A stretch of 64,000 nucleotides of DNA. Origin: Mobula hypostoma (lineage: Eukaryota). The DNA lies in the NCBI RefSeq assembly GCF_963921235.1, contig NC_086108.1:116872001-116936000 (forward strand). Reading direction: 5' to 3'. Positions 49,381-63,000 of the stretch are shown here, one piece after another. Position numbers and translations under genes: made by a program. How positions within the stretch are numbered: the first letter of the stretch is position 1; the number at the start of each line of letters is the position of its first letter. Below the pieces are notes generated by a model. It was not told the DNA's origin. It did no database searches and saw only the letters and a list, made by a program, of their open reading frames with translations.

Positions 49381-49716
49381 TACACAGTACCTTCCCATCT
49401 CTGTCACCCCTCCGGCCTCTACACCCCTCCCGGTCTCTGTCACCCCCTCCATCCTCGACACCTTTCTCTGTCTCTGTAACCCCATCCAGCTCACATTCAC
49501 TCCTGACATTAAACATTGATTCCCTGTGCCTTAAACCCCTGAACTCCCTCCTAACCCTCTCCACCTCTCTACTCATTTACACCTCTGCCTGCTGTCAAGG
49601 TTTGATACTTCCGTCCCAGAACATCTTGCCCAGGTTCAGTGTCCCTGTGCCTCGGCCACATTCCACATGATGGTGTATGGAGACGCACGCGCAAGTTGAC
49701 ATTGCTGTGAAATTAC

Positions 49717-49770
49717 CTTTGAACCAGGCTCTCCAGGCATTCCCCGGGGTCCATCAGCTCCAGGCCGACC
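49717..49770 (-). CDS. COL11A1-like: Collagen exon, 54 bp: GRPGADGPRGMPGEPGSK
   Basis: Acceptor tttccag, donor GTAATT; Gly-X-Y frame; not in ORF track. Confidence 0.95.
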
Positions 49771-49996
49771 CTGGAAAGGATAACAACTCATGAGTCATGT
49801 GTGGAAGGAGGGCTGCAGGTGATGATGGAGAAAGTAGGGCAAAGATGAGGTGGGCAGAGAATGATGGGGGAATAAGGTCTTTGGGAGGACTGGAAAATGT
49901 GTGATGGTGAGACCCTGAGCAGTGCGACAAACAGAAGATTCAAGTATACAAGTATAAACTGAACTGAATGTGGAAGCACGGGCAGATAGGTGGGGA

Positions 49997-51068
49997 GCAA
50001 CACTCACAACATGCTGGAGGAACTCAGCAGGTCGGGCAGCATCCATGGAAAAGATCAGTCAATGTTTCGGGCCGGAACCCTTCGTCAGAACTGAAGAGGG
50101 AAGGGGCAGAGGCCCTATAAAGAAGGTGGGGGGAGGGTGGGAAGGAGAAGGCTGGTAGGTTCCAGGTGAAAAACCAGTAAGGGGAAAGATAAAGGGGTGG
50201 GGGAGGGGAAGCAGGGAGGTGATAGGCGGGAAAGGTGAAGAAGGAATAGGGGAAAACACAATGGGTAGTAAAAGGAGGCGGAACCATGAGGGAGGTGATA
50301 GGCAGCTGGGGGAAGGGGCAGAGTGACATAGGGATAGAGGAAGGGAGGGGGAGGGAATTACCGGAAGTTGGAGAATTCTATGTTCATACCAAGGGGCTGG
50401 AGACTACCTAGACAGCATATGAGGTGTTGCTCCTCCAACCTGAGTTTAGCCTCATCATGGCCGTAGAGGAGGCCATGTATGGACATATCTGAATGGGAAT
50501 GGGAGTGGGAAGCAGAGTTGAAGTGGGTGGCAACTGGGAGATCCTGTCTGTTGTGGCGGACGGAGCGGAGGTGCTCGACGAAGCGGTCCCCCAATCTGCG
50601 TCGGGTTTCACCGATGTAGAGGAGGCCGCACCGGGAGCACCGGATGCAATAGATGACCCCAACAGACTCACAAGCGAAGTGTTGCCTCACCTGGAAGGAC
50701 TGTTTGGGACCCTGAATGGTGGCAAGAGAGGAGGTGTAGGGACAAGTGTAGCACTTGCGCTTACAGGGATACGTGCCGGGTGGGAGATCCGTGGGGAGGG
50801 ACATGTGGACCAGGGAGTCGCTGAGGGACCGATCCCTGTGGAAAGCGGAGAGGGGTGGAGAGGGAAAGATGTGCTTAGTGGTGGGGTCCTGTTGAAGGTG
50901 GTTGAAGTTGCGGAGGATAATGTGCTGGATCCGGAGGCTGGTGGGGTGGCAGTTGAGGACAAGGGGAACTCTGTCCCTGTTGTGGTGGTGGGAGGATGGG
51001 GTGAGGGCCAAAGTGCAGGAAATGGAGGAGATGCGGGTGAGAGCATCATTGATGACGGCAGAAGGGAA
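49997..51068 (-). mobile_element. 5'-truncated Penelope-like element with open RT-thumb, linker and GIY-YIG endonuclease frame plus 3' pLTR
   Basis: ORF 50358..51122: RVPLVL..HP, CKRKCYTC, GVIYCIRCSRCGLLYIGETRRRLGDRFVEHLRSV, VATHFN, LGSLQPLGMN. Confidence 0.93.
50056..50093 (-). ncRNA. Minimal hammerhead ribozyme motif in Penelope pLTR
   Basis: CAGUU-CUGACGA-A-GGGUUCCGGCCC-GAAACAUU-GACUG; core and stems I/II intact, ACGU palindrome changed to ACAU. Confidence 0.65.
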
Positions 51069-51129
51069 AGAAAGAGGACATTTGAGATGTCCTGGAACGG
51101 AAAGATTCACCCTGTGGTTCATAGACTCA

Positions 51130-51352
51130 CTCTGTGGTTCATGTTCTAGGCATTATTTGTTTATGCCTTTTGTTTGTACAGTTTGCTGTTTTTCACACAC
51201 TGGATGTTTGATGGTCTTTGTACTGGGGGGGTGGGGGGGGAGTTCGTGGATTCTGTTGAGTTTCTTTGTTTTGTGGCTGCCTGAAAGAAAATGAATCTCT
51301 GGGTTGTGGACTGTGTATCTACACTGTTCAGAAATGTACTTTGAACTTTGAG
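51130..51352 (+). mobile_element. SINE/LINE-tail repeat family (related pieces at about 835-1010 minus and 41530-41647 plus)
   Basis: Shared aagaaaatgaatctc...(CTTTGA)n tail and tgtttgcaca/gtttg body; family not identified. Confidence 0.55.
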
Positions 51353-51764
51353 ACAAGGGTTAATGAAATGGTGACACCACCAGTGGAGCACTGTGTGCAG
51401 TTTGGGTCACCACACCCCAGGAAGGGGGTCACTGCACTGCAGATGGTGCAGAGGAGATTTCACAGTCTGTTGCCCGGTCTAGATTCAGAATCTGGAGAGG
51501 GTGAATCTGTTCTTCTTGGAGTGGAGGAGGCTGGGGACGAGGAATCCAAGTGCAGGTGGACAAAAAATGGGGGGAAATTTTCCCCTATTGCAAAGGTGTC
51601 TAATCTCACAGGGCAAAGGCTTAAGGAGAGGGATAAGAGGTTCAGAGGAAAATTAAGAAAGAAATTTTGAACTCACTACTTGAGGGGGAGAGGTAGAGAC
51701 AGAGACCCTCACAAGAAAGATGAGTCTCGAATCATCAAGGCAGAGAAGGTGGAGGAGTCAGTGA

Positions 51765-53220
51765 GGGTCACTACTCGTCACTGCTGCTCAGTGCCAGTCA
51801 ATGGTACAGATCATGACTACACAGAGCTGGTCAATATTGATCAGTGCTGGTCAATAGTGCAGGATACTGTAGGACAGTGCTGCTCACTACTGGACAGTGC
51901 TGGTCAATTATGAAAGTCACTGTTGATCACTGCTGATCAGTGGTGCAGGTTACTATTTGTAGTGCTGGTCAATGGTGCAGGTCACTAGTGATCAGTGCGG
52001 GTCAATAATGCAGGTTACTATTGGTCAGTGCTGGTCAATGTACAGGTCACAATTGGCCATTGTAGGTCAATAGCACAGGTGACTACTGGCCAGTGCTGGT
52101 CAATTATGAAAGTCCCTATTGGTCAGTGCTAGTCAATGGTGCAGGATACTACTGGTCAGTTCAGGTCAATGGTGTAGAACACTACTGGTCAGTGCTGATC
52201 AACACTGCAGATCACTATTCATCAATGCTGGTCGATACTGAAGGTCATTATTTGTCAGTAAATGCCAATAGTGCAGGTCACTACTATTGATAAGTGCTGG
52301 TCAATGATGCAGGTCACTATTGGTCAGTATATGTCAATAGCGCAGGTCACTACTAGTCAGTGCCGGTCAATGGTACAGGTCACTACTGGTCAGTGGTGGT
52401 CACTGGTACAGGTCACTACTGGTCAGTGGTGGTCACTGGTACTCATCAGTGTTGGTCACTGGTGCAGGTCGCTGCTGGTCAGTGCTGGTCAATAGTGCGG
52501 GTTACTACTCGCCACTGCTGGTCAATGGTATAGGAGTACTGGTCAATGATGGTCTATTGTCATGGTCACTACTGCTCAGTGCTGCTCAATAGTGCAAGTA
52601 AACTTTGGTTAGTACTGGTGTGTAGTGTAGGTCACTATTGGTCAGTGCTGGTCAGTACTGCAGGTTACTAGTGATCAGTGCTGGTCAATAGTGCATGATA
52701 CTATTCATAAGAGCTGGTCTATGATGCAGGTCACTATTGGTCAGTATATGTCAATAGTGAAGGTCACTACTAGTCAGTGCTATCAATGGTGCAAGTCATT
52801 ATTAGTCAGTGCTGGTCAATGGTGCCAATCTCTACTGGTCAGTGCTGGTCAATTATGCAGGTTACTACTGGTCAGTGCTGATCAATAGTGCAGCTTATTG
52901 CTTATCAGTGCTGGTCAATAGTTAAGGTCACAACTGGTCAGTACTGGTGATTGGTGCAGGATAGCACTGATTAGTGCTGGTCACTATTGGTCATTGCTGG
53001 TCAATAGTGCAGTTCACTACTGGTCAGTGCTGGTCAATAGTGATGACCACTACTGGTCAGTGGTACAGGTCACAACTGGTCAGTGCTGGTCAAGTGGTGC
53101 AGGTCACTGCTGACCAGTAGTGTAGGTCACAACTGGTCAGTGCTGGTCAATGGTATAGGTCACTGCTGGTCAATAGAGCAGGTCACTACTGATCAGTGAT
53201 GGTCAGTGGTGCACGTCACA
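51765..53220. repeat. Degenerate 33-bp satellite GGTCAGTGCTGGTCAATGGTGCAGGTCACTACT
   Basis: 11-aa periodic ORFs; three GGTCA-led subunits per monomer. Confidence 0.9.
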
Positions 53221-53234
53221 ACAGGGACATCAAG

Positions 53235-53790
53235 AACAGGGGGTTTGGGCACAGGAGAATTGAGAATTGTGATTAGGAACTGGCATTGATGACTGGGATT
53301 GGGGACAGGAATTGGGCCAGGGATTTGGCGCAAAGCAATTGGGGTCAGGCGGTTGGGGATGGGGCATGGGATCAGGGGGATGGGAACAGGGGAACTGGGG
53401 ACTGGGATTAGGGTCAAGGATTGGCGACTGTCATTGATGACTGTGATTGGAGACAGGGATTGGGTGCAGGGTGATTAGGGAGAGAGGGTTTTGGGGACAG
53501 AGGATCAGGAAAAGATTGACTGGGGACAGGTGGATTGGGGAAAGAGGTGTGGTGATAGGATAATTCAGTACTGGGATTGGGGAAAGGATTTGGGGAAGGT
53601 GGGGTTGTGGATAAGGGGCTGGGGATGAGGGTTGGGGACAGTGTGATGGGGGTCATGGATGGGAGTCAGGGGATGGGGACAGGTAAATGGGGGACAGCAA
53701 TTGGGACAAGGGTATTGCGAACAGGGATTGGGATGGGTGATTGAAAACAGGAGGATGGGGACAGTGGAGGGGGGACAGCGATTGGGAATT
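53235..53790. repeat. G-rich low-complexity tract (GGGATTGGGGACAG-like)
   Basis: Directly visible. Confidence 0.75.
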
Positions 53791-53831
53791 TGCGTGAGAG
53801 TTTGAATGCATGCGAATCCAAGGGTACCTAC

Positions 53832-53885
53832 CCTCCTGCCAGGCTTTCCGGACGCTCCCATTATTCCTTGAACTCCACGAGGACC
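53832..53885 (-). CDS. COL11A1-like: Collagen exon, 54 bp: GPRGVQGIMGASGKPGRR
   Basis: Acceptor ctcag (CT at 53886-53887 on +), donor GTAGGT (53826-53831); Gly-X-Y frame. Confidence 0.95.
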
Positions 53886-54049
53886 CTGAGTGAGGTGAAT
53901 ATAGCAGTCAGTCATGTTCACGCCAGGAGATACTTCAACTTCACCCTCAAGGCATTGACATCACATCCAGTGCTGGAGCACAGGAAGGATGGATGTCTTA
54001 ACAGATAGAATCCAGATCCCGAGTGTGCATCACCATAGGACAGAGAGTC

Positions 54050-57000
54050 TCCCCTCCTGTCCTCCCCAACTCTAACCAGTCTCCTCCATCCTTCCCCACC
54101 TATCTCCTAACCTCATCCGCCACATTCTCCCCTCCCTACCACCCTATTGCAGTCTCCACACCATTTGCCCCTTTCCTCTCAACCCCAGTCACCCTATTAT
54201 GTCCCCATTCCTCTCAACCCCCTCTCCTATACCATCTCCCCCATCCTCCTACCATTTGCCCATTTCTCTCAAACCCTATCCCCCTGTTCCTCTCAACCCC
54301 ACCTCACCATTTCCCCATTCCTCTCAACCCCATCTCCTACACCATCTCCTTATTCCTCCAGACCCGATCTTCCCACCATCTCCCATTCCACTCAACCTCC
54401 ATTTGCTCACCATCTCCTCCATCCTCCTACCATTTACCCAGTTCTCTCAAACCCCATCTTCCCATTCCTCTCAACCCCCATTTCACCATTTCCCCCATAC
54501 CTCTCAGTCCCATCTCCAACCATCTTCCCCATTCCTCTCAAACCTCATCTCCCCACCATCTCCGCATTCCTTTTAACCACGGTTTCCCTAACATTATCCC
54601 TTTGTTCTCAAAATGCATCTACCCACCATCTCCCCATTGCTCTCCACCATCTCCCCATTTCCTCTCATCCCTATCTTCCCGCCATCTCCTCATTCCTTTC
54701 AACCACCATCTCCCCCATTCTTATTAAACCCCATGCCCCCACTATCTAGCCATTTCCTCTGTAACCCCATCTCCCCACCATCTCTATCATTCCTTACAAA
54801 CCATAATTCCTCACCATCAGCCCACATTCCTCTCAACCCTGTCTCCCCATCATGTTCTCTATCTCTCTCAACCCCACCATTTTCCCCATTTCTCCCAAAC
54901 CCACCATATTTCCCATTCCTCTCAAACCCATCTACCCACCATCTCCCCAATTTTTCTTAAAACCATCACCAATCTCCCCATTCCTCATAATACTGTCTCC
55001 TACCATCACCCCCTTTTCTCTCAAGCCCCATCTACCTATTCCCCCATTGCTCTCCACCACCTCTGCATTCCTCTCAGCCCCATCTCACAATTTCCTCCAT
55101 TACACTCTATCCCCACCTCCAACATCTCCACCATTCCTTTCAACATTGACTCACTACACCATCTCCCCATTCCTCTCAAACCCCATCTCTCCATTTCACC
55201 CAATCCCCATCTCCACCACTTCCCCATTCCTTTCAACATTGAGTCACTCCACCATCTCCCCATTCGTCCCAATTCCATCTCCCTATCATTTCCCCATTCT
55301 TCTCAATCCCACCTCATTCTTCGCAAGTCCCATCTCTTTATTTCACCCATTTCACCCAATCTCCATCTCCCCACCATTGCCCCATCCCTCTCTACCCCAG
55401 TCTCTCCTTCATCTCCCTCATTCCTCTCAAAACCATCTCCCAATATTGCGCCATTCCTCTCAAAATCTATTTCCCCACCATTTCCCCATTCCTCTCCACC
55501 CCATCTCCCCAACATCTCACCATTCCTGCCATACCCCATCTCCCTACCATCTCTCAACTCCATCTCAACATTTCCCCCATTCCACTCAATCCCCAACTCT
55601 CCACCATCTCCACATTCCTCTCAACACTGATTGCAGCATTTCCCCACCTTTCTCCAGCCCATCTCCTCACCATCTGTCCGTTCCACTCAACCCCCATATC
55701 ACTCTTTGCCCCATCTCCACCATCTCCCCCATTCCTTTCACCTCCAGTCACCCCACCATCTCCCTATTCCTCTCAAGCTCATCTCCCCATCATTTCCTCA
55801 TTCCTCTCAAACTATCTCTCCATTGCCCACATTCCACCCAATCCCCATCTCCACCATGTCCCTATTCCTCTCAACCCTTGTCTTCCAAACATCTCCCCTG
55901 TTCCTCTCAACCCATCTCCCTATCTCTCTATTCCTCTCAAACCCATCTCTCCAGCCATTCCTTATTCCACTCAACTCCATCTCCCCATAATTCTCATCCA
56001 ACCTCCCATCTCTGCATTCCTCTCATCCCCATCTCTCTACCAGTTCCTCATTCCTCTCAACTCCATCTCCCCTTCATCTCCCAATACTTCTCAACCCGTC
56101 TCCCCATCTCTGCATTCCTCTCAACCCCATCTTCCCTTCATCTCCCCATACTTCTCAACCCCCATCCCTCTCAATCACCATCTCCCCATCATCTCACCCA
56201 TTGCTCTCAATCCCAGTCTCCCACACTATCTCACCACTCCTCTCAACCCATTCTTCCCACCATCTCCCCACTATTTCCCTCATATCTCTCAGCTCCCATC
56301 TTCCCATTCTTCTAAACCCCATTCTCCTCGCAATCTCACCCATTCCTCTCAAACCCATCTCCTCCTTCCTCTCTAGCCCCATCATACCATCTACCCAATG
56401 CCTTCCAGTTAATCTCCCCACCATTTCTCCATTCCCCTCAACCCTAGTCTCCCCACCTCCCTGTTCCTCTCAACCCCCAAGAGCTCTACTTCCTCATTCC
56501 TCTCAAGTCCCTCTCCCCACCATTTCTTCATTCCTCTCACACCCCATCTCCCCATTCTTTTCAAACGTCTTCCTACCATCTGCCCGATTAACTCCATTTC
56601 CAGCTATCATCTGAAACCTATCTCCCCACCATCTATATCATTCCTCCCAAACTTTGTATCCTCATGATTTCCCCATTCCCCTTAACCCCTGTCCCACCAC
56701 CATCTCCTCATTCCCTTCAACCTGCCTATCCACCATCTCCGCCATTCCTCTCAATACCCTCTCGTCACCATATCACCATTCCTCTCAACCCCAGTCTTCC
56801 TAACATTGCCCCCTTTCCTCTCAAAACTCATCTACCCACCATTTCCCCCATTGCTCTCCACCCTGTCCCTGCACCATCTCCCCTTTTCCTCTCAACCCCA
56901 TCTCCCCATTCCTGGCAACCACCATCTCCCCATTCCTTTCAACAAATGTCTTCACATAATCTCCCCCATTCCTATTAAACCACATATCCCCACTATCTAT

Positions 57001-60000
57001 CCCTATCCTCTCCAACCCCATCTCCACCATTCATCTGAAACCCCATCTCCGCACAATCTCTACCATTCCTCCCAAACCCCGTCTCCACATTCCTTTCAAC
57101 CCCTTTCTCCCACCGTCACCCAATTCCCCTCAACCCCATCCCTCCCACCATCTCCTCATTCCTCTCAAATCCTAACTTTCCACATCCCCATTTGTTTCAA
57201 CCCATCTTCCCACTATCTTCCTCATTCCTCTCATCTCGTCTCCCTATCTCCCTATTCCTCTCAAACCCATCTCCCCACGATCTCACCATTTCCTCTCAAA
57301 CCATGTCTCCTCTCTATCCCCCATACCTCTCAGCCCCAGTCTCCCCATAATCTCACCCATTCTTCTCAAACCCCTCTCCCTATTCTTCTCAGCACACATC
57401 TCACCATTTCTTCTATTCTCCCCACCTTGTTATCATTATCTTTAAACTCTGTCTACTCATCATCTCCCCATTCCTCTATAAACCATCACCCACCATCTGC
57501 CCAATCCTTTCAACCCCATCCCTCCCAATTACTTACAACTCAATCTCCCCCATTCCTCTCAAACCCCATTTCCTCAACATCTTCCCCATTCCTCTCACCA
57601 CCCATTGCATCACAATCTGCCCATTTCTTCTCAAACCCTGTCTTGCACCATCTCCCAGATTGCACTCCACCATCTTTCTCCATCATTTCCCGTGTTCTTC
57701 TCAAACTCTCCCCCAACCATCTCCACCATCTACACCTTTCCTTTCAAAACCATACCCCAACAACCCCCACTCCTCTCAATCCCTTCTTGCCACCATCTCA
57801 CCATTCCTCTCAACCTATCTCCCTAACATCACCCCCTTTCCTCTCAAAACCATCCCCCAACATCTCCCCACTCCTCTCAACCCCCTCTCACTGCCATCTC
57901 ACCATTCTCTCGACCCCAGTCTCCCTAACATCACCCACTTCCCTCTTAAAATGCATCTACCCTCCATCTCCCCATACACTCCATCCTGTCTCTCTACCAT
58001 CTACTCTTTTTCTCTCAATACCATCTCCACACCATCTCTCCATTTCTGACAACCACCATCACCCTGCCATTTCTCCATTCATTTCAACCGCCATCTCTTA
58101 ACCATCTCCCCTTCCTCTCAACCTCCATCTCCCTGAATCCCATGAAACCCCTTCTCCCCACTATCTACCCTTTTCCTGTCAAACCCCATCTCCCCATCAT
58201 CTCTACTATTCCTCTCAAAGCCTTTCTTCCCTAGTTACCCCATTCCTTTCAATCCCCTTCTCCCCACCATCACTCCATTCCTCTCAATGCCAGTCTCCTC
58301 ACCCTCCCCATATTCTCCAAAACCCCATCTCCCCACCATGATCTCAATTTCTCTCAACAGACATCTCCACACAACCTCCCTATTCCTCTCAAAACCATCG
58401 CCCAACATCTCCCTATTCCCCACAACCACAGTCTCCCTACTATCGCCCCTTCCCTCTCAAACCCTATCAACCAATCTCTGCCATTGCTCTCAACCCCATC
58501 ACTCCATTTCTCTCAACCCTCATCATACTATTTCCCCATTACTATCCAGCCCATCTCCCCATCATCTCCCCATTCCTCACAACCCCCATCTCATCATTTC
58601 GTCATTACAATCAATCCTCATCTCTATCACCTCCCCCATTCCTTTCAACCTCGAGTCAACCTGCATCTCCCCATTCCTCTCAACCCTTATCGCACCATTT
58701 CCCCACTGCTCTCCAGTCCATCTCCCCACCATCTCCTTATTTCTCTCAACCCCTATCTCACCATTTCCCCATCACTATCTCCCTATCATCTCACCCATTG
58801 CTCTCAACCCAAGTCTCCCACCATTTCCCCTACTCCCCTCAAACCCCGTCTCTCACACCACGTCACCACTCCCCTCAACCCTGTCTCCATCTCCCCTTTT
58901 CCTCAAACCCTGTCTGCTCACAATTTCCCACATACCTCTCAGTCCCCGTTTCCCTGCCATGTTCCCATTCCTCTCAACCCTAGTCTCTCCACACTCTTAC
59001 CCATTTCTGTCACACCCATAACCTTATTCTACTCCTCTCAGTCCATCTCCTCATTCCTCTCTAGCCCCATCACACCATTTCCCCAATGTTCTCCAGTTCA
59101 TCTCCCCACCATCCCCCAATTACTTTTAACCTGATCTCCCCACCATTTCTCATTCCTCTCAACACCATTCACAATTCCTCTCAAACCCATCTGCCGACCA
59201 TCTCCCCCAATCCTATCAAACCCTTTCTCCTCACCACGTCATCATTCTCCTGAAACTCCATCTACCCACCATCCACCCATTCCTCTCAAAACCATCATCC
59301 ACCATCTCCGCATTCCTTTCAGCTCCATCTCCATCAATTACTTATAACCTCCTCTCACCGCCATCTCGCCCATTCCTCTCAACCCCTAACTCAACATCTC
59401 CCCTATTCCTCTCAACATTCATCTGCCCACAATTGCCCCTTTTCCTCTCAACACCTATCACCCCACCATCACCTGCATTCCTCTCAAAACCCTCTTTTCA
59501 CCATCTCCCCATTCATAGAACATAGAACATAGAATAGTACAGCACAGTACAGGCCCTTCGGCCCACAATCTTGTGCCGACCCTCAAACCCTGCCTCCCAT
59601 ATAAGCCCCCACCTTAGATTCCTCCATATACCTGTCTAGTAGTCTCTTAAACTTCACTAGTGTATCTGCCTCCACCACTGACTCAGGCAGTGCATTCCAC
59701 GCACCAACCACTGTCTAAGTGTCTAAAAACCTTCCTCTAATATCCCCCTTGAACTTCCCACCACTTACCTTAAAGCCATGTCCTCTTGTATTGTGCAGTG
59801 GTGCCCTGGGGAAGAGGCGCTGACTATCCACTCTATCTATTCCTCTTATTATGTTGTACACCTCTATCATGTCTCCTCTCATCCTCCTTCTCTCCAAAGA
59901 GTAAAGCCCTAGCTCCCTTAATCTCTGATCATAATACATACTTTCTAAACCAGGCAGCATCCTGGTAAATCTCCTCTGTACCCTTTCCAATGCTTCCACA

Positions 60001-63000
60001 TCCTTCCTACAGTGAGGTGACCAGAACTGGACACAGTACTCCAAGTGTGGCCTAACCAGAGTTTTATAGAGCTGCATCATTACATCGCAACTCTTAAACT
60101 CTGTCCCTCGACTTATGAAAGCTAACACCCCATAAGCTTTCTTAACTACCCTATCCACCTGTGAGGCAACTTTCAGGGATCTGTGGACATGTACCCCAGA
60201 TCCCTCTGCTCCTCCACACTACCAAGTAACTTACCATTTACTTTGTACTCTGCCTTGGAGTTCGTCCTTCCAAAGTGTACCACCTTACACTTCTCCGGGT
60301 TGAACACGATCTGCCACTTCTCAGCCCACTTCTGCATCCTATCAATGTCTCTCTGCAATCTTTGACAATCCTCTACACCATCTACAACACCACCAACCTT
60401 TGTGTCGTCTGCAAACTTGCCAACCCACTCTTCTACCCCTACATCCAGGTCGTTAATAAAAATCACGAAAAGTAGATGTCCCAGAACAGATCCTTGTGGG
60501 ACACCACCAGTCACAATCCTCCAATCTGAATGTACTCCCTCCACCACCACCCTCTGCCTTCTGCAGGCAAGCCAATTCTGAATCCACCTGGCCAAACTTC
60601 CCTGGATCCCATGCCTTCTAACTTTCTGAATAAGCCTACAGTGTGGAACCCTGTCAAATGCCTTACTAAAATCCATATAGATCACATCCACTGCCCTACC
60701 CTCATCTATATGCCTGGTCACCTCGTCAAAGAACTCAGGCTTGTTAGACACGATCTGCCCTTCACAAAGCCATGCTGACTGTCCCTGATCAGACCATGAT
60801 TCTCTAAATGCCTATAGATCCTATCTCTAAGAATCTTTTCCAACAGCTTTCCTACCACAGATGTAAGGCTCACTGGTCTATAATTACCCGGACTATCCCT
60901 ACTACCTTTTTTGAACAAGGGAACAACATTCGCCTTCCTCCAATCCTCCGGTACCATTCCCCTGGACAACGAGGACATAAAGATCCTAGCCAGAGGCTCA
61001 GCAATCTCTTCTCCCGCCTCATGGAGCAGCCTGGGGAATATTTCGTCAGGCCCCGGGGACTTATCTGTCCTAATGTATTTTAACAACTCCAACACCTCCT
61101 CTCCCTTAATATCAACATGCTCCAGAACATCAACCTCACTCATATTGTCCTCACCATCATCAAGTTCCCTCTCATTGGTGAATACTGAAGAGAAGTATTC
61201 ATTGAGGACCTCGCTCACTTCCACAGCCTCCAGGCACATCTTCCCACCTTTATCTTTAATCGGTCCTACCTTCACTCCTGTCATCTTTTTTTCTTCACAT
61301 AATTGAAGAATGCCTTGGGGTTTTCCTTTACCCTACTCGCCAAGGCCTTCTCATGCCCCCTTCTTGCTCTTCTCAGCCCCTTCTTAAACTCCTTTCTTGC
61401 TTCCCTATATTTCTCAATAGACCCATCAGATCCTTGCTTCCTAAACCTCATGTATGCTGCCTTCTTCCACCTGACTAGATTTTCCACCTCACTTGTCACC
61501 CATGCTTCCTTCACCCTACCATTCTTTATCTTCCTCACCGGGACAAATTTATCCCTTACATCCCGCAAGAGATCTCTAAACATTGACCACATGTCCATAG
61601 TACATTTCCCTGCAAAAACATTATCCCAATTCACACCTGCAAGTTCTAGCCTTATAGCCTCATAATTTACCTTTCCCCAATTAAAAATTTTCCTGTCCTC
61701 TCTGATTCTATCCTTTTCCATGATAATGCTAAAGGCCAGGGAGTGGTGGTCACTGTCCCCCAGATGCTCACCCACTGAGAGATCTGTGACCTAACCCGGT
61801 TCATTACCTAGTACTAGATCTAGTATGGCATTCCCCCTGGTCGGCCTGTCCACATACTGTGACAGGAATCCGTCCTGGACACACTTAACGAACTCTGCCC
61901 CATCTAAACCCTTGGAACTAATCAGGTGCCAATCAATATTAGGGAAGTTAAAGTCACCCATGATAACAACCCTGTTATTTTTGCACCTTTCCAAAATCGG
62001 CCTCCCAATCTGTTCCTCGGTATCTCTGTTGATACCAGGGGGCCTATAGAATACTCCCAATAGAGAAACTGCTCCCTTCCTGTTCCTGACTTCCACCCAT
62101 ATTGACTCAAAAGAGGATCGTGCTACATTACCCACCCTTTCTGTAGCTGTAATAGTATCCCTGACCAGTTACGTCACCCCTCCTCCCCTTTTTCCGTCCT
62201 CTCTATCCCTTTTAAAGCACTGAAATCCAGGAATATTGAGAATCCATTCCTGCCCTGGTACCAGCCAAGTCTCTGTAATGGCCACTACATCATAATTCCA
62301 TGTATGTATCCAAGCTCTCAGTTCATCACCTTTGTTCCTGATGCTTCTTGCATTGAGGTACACACATTTCAGCCCTTCTACCTTACTGTCTTTACACCGT
62401 TTATTCTGCTTCTCTTTCCTCAAAGCCTCTCTGTATGTTAGATCTGGCTTTACTCCATGCACCTCTTTCACTGCTCTATCGCTCCAAGTCCCATCCCCCT
62501 CGCAAATTAGTTTAATCCCTCCTGAACCATGCTAGCAAACCTACCTGCAAGGATATTGCTCCCCCTCGAGTTCAGGTGCAACCCATCCAATCTGTACAGG
62601 TCCCACCTTCCCCAGAAGAGATCCCAATGATCTAAAATTCTAAAACCCTGCGCCCTGCACCAACTCCTCAGCCATGCATTCAACTGCCATCTCCTCCAAT
62701 TCTTACCATCTCCCCATTCATCTCATACCTCATCTCCTAACATCATCCCCTTTCCTCTCAAACCCCATCTACCCACCAGCTCCCCATTTCTCTCCACTCC
62801 ATCTCTCCATCATTTCCCCTTTTCCTCTCAACTCCCGTCACCCCACCATCTCCCCATTCCTCTCAAGACTCTCTCTGCACCATCTCCCCATTCCTCTCAG
62901 ATCCTGTCTCCCTACCATCGCCCTCGAACCTCTCGAATCCTACCTATTCTGCGTCTCTCCCATTCCTCTCAACCCACAAATCCTCACTATTTTCCCCATT

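Larger units (their letters stand above)
4643..53885 (-). other. COL11A1-like: Partial clade-B fibrillar collagen gene (alpha chain of type XI/V), 16 triple-helix exons; gene extends beyond both window ends
   Basis: Exon sizes 5'->3' are 54,54,54,54,45,54,45,54,45,54,45,54,45,54,108,54 (873 bp, 291 aa). All are bounded by AG/GT, phase 0, and start with Gly. The peptide is colinear with the COL11A1/COL11A2/COL5A1 helix as I recall it (GDRGFDGLPGL, GHPGKEG, GEDGFPGFKGDMG, GKLGVPGLPGYPGRQGPK). Family call is firm; exact paralogue is not. Confidence 0.93.

Noticed and set aside
54023..59134. Long Pro/Ser/His-rich ORFs (up to 487 aa) as a mucin- or extensin-like gene
   Set aside because: Open in several frames at once because the G-poor satellite rarely forms stop codons; lies antisense within a collagen intron.
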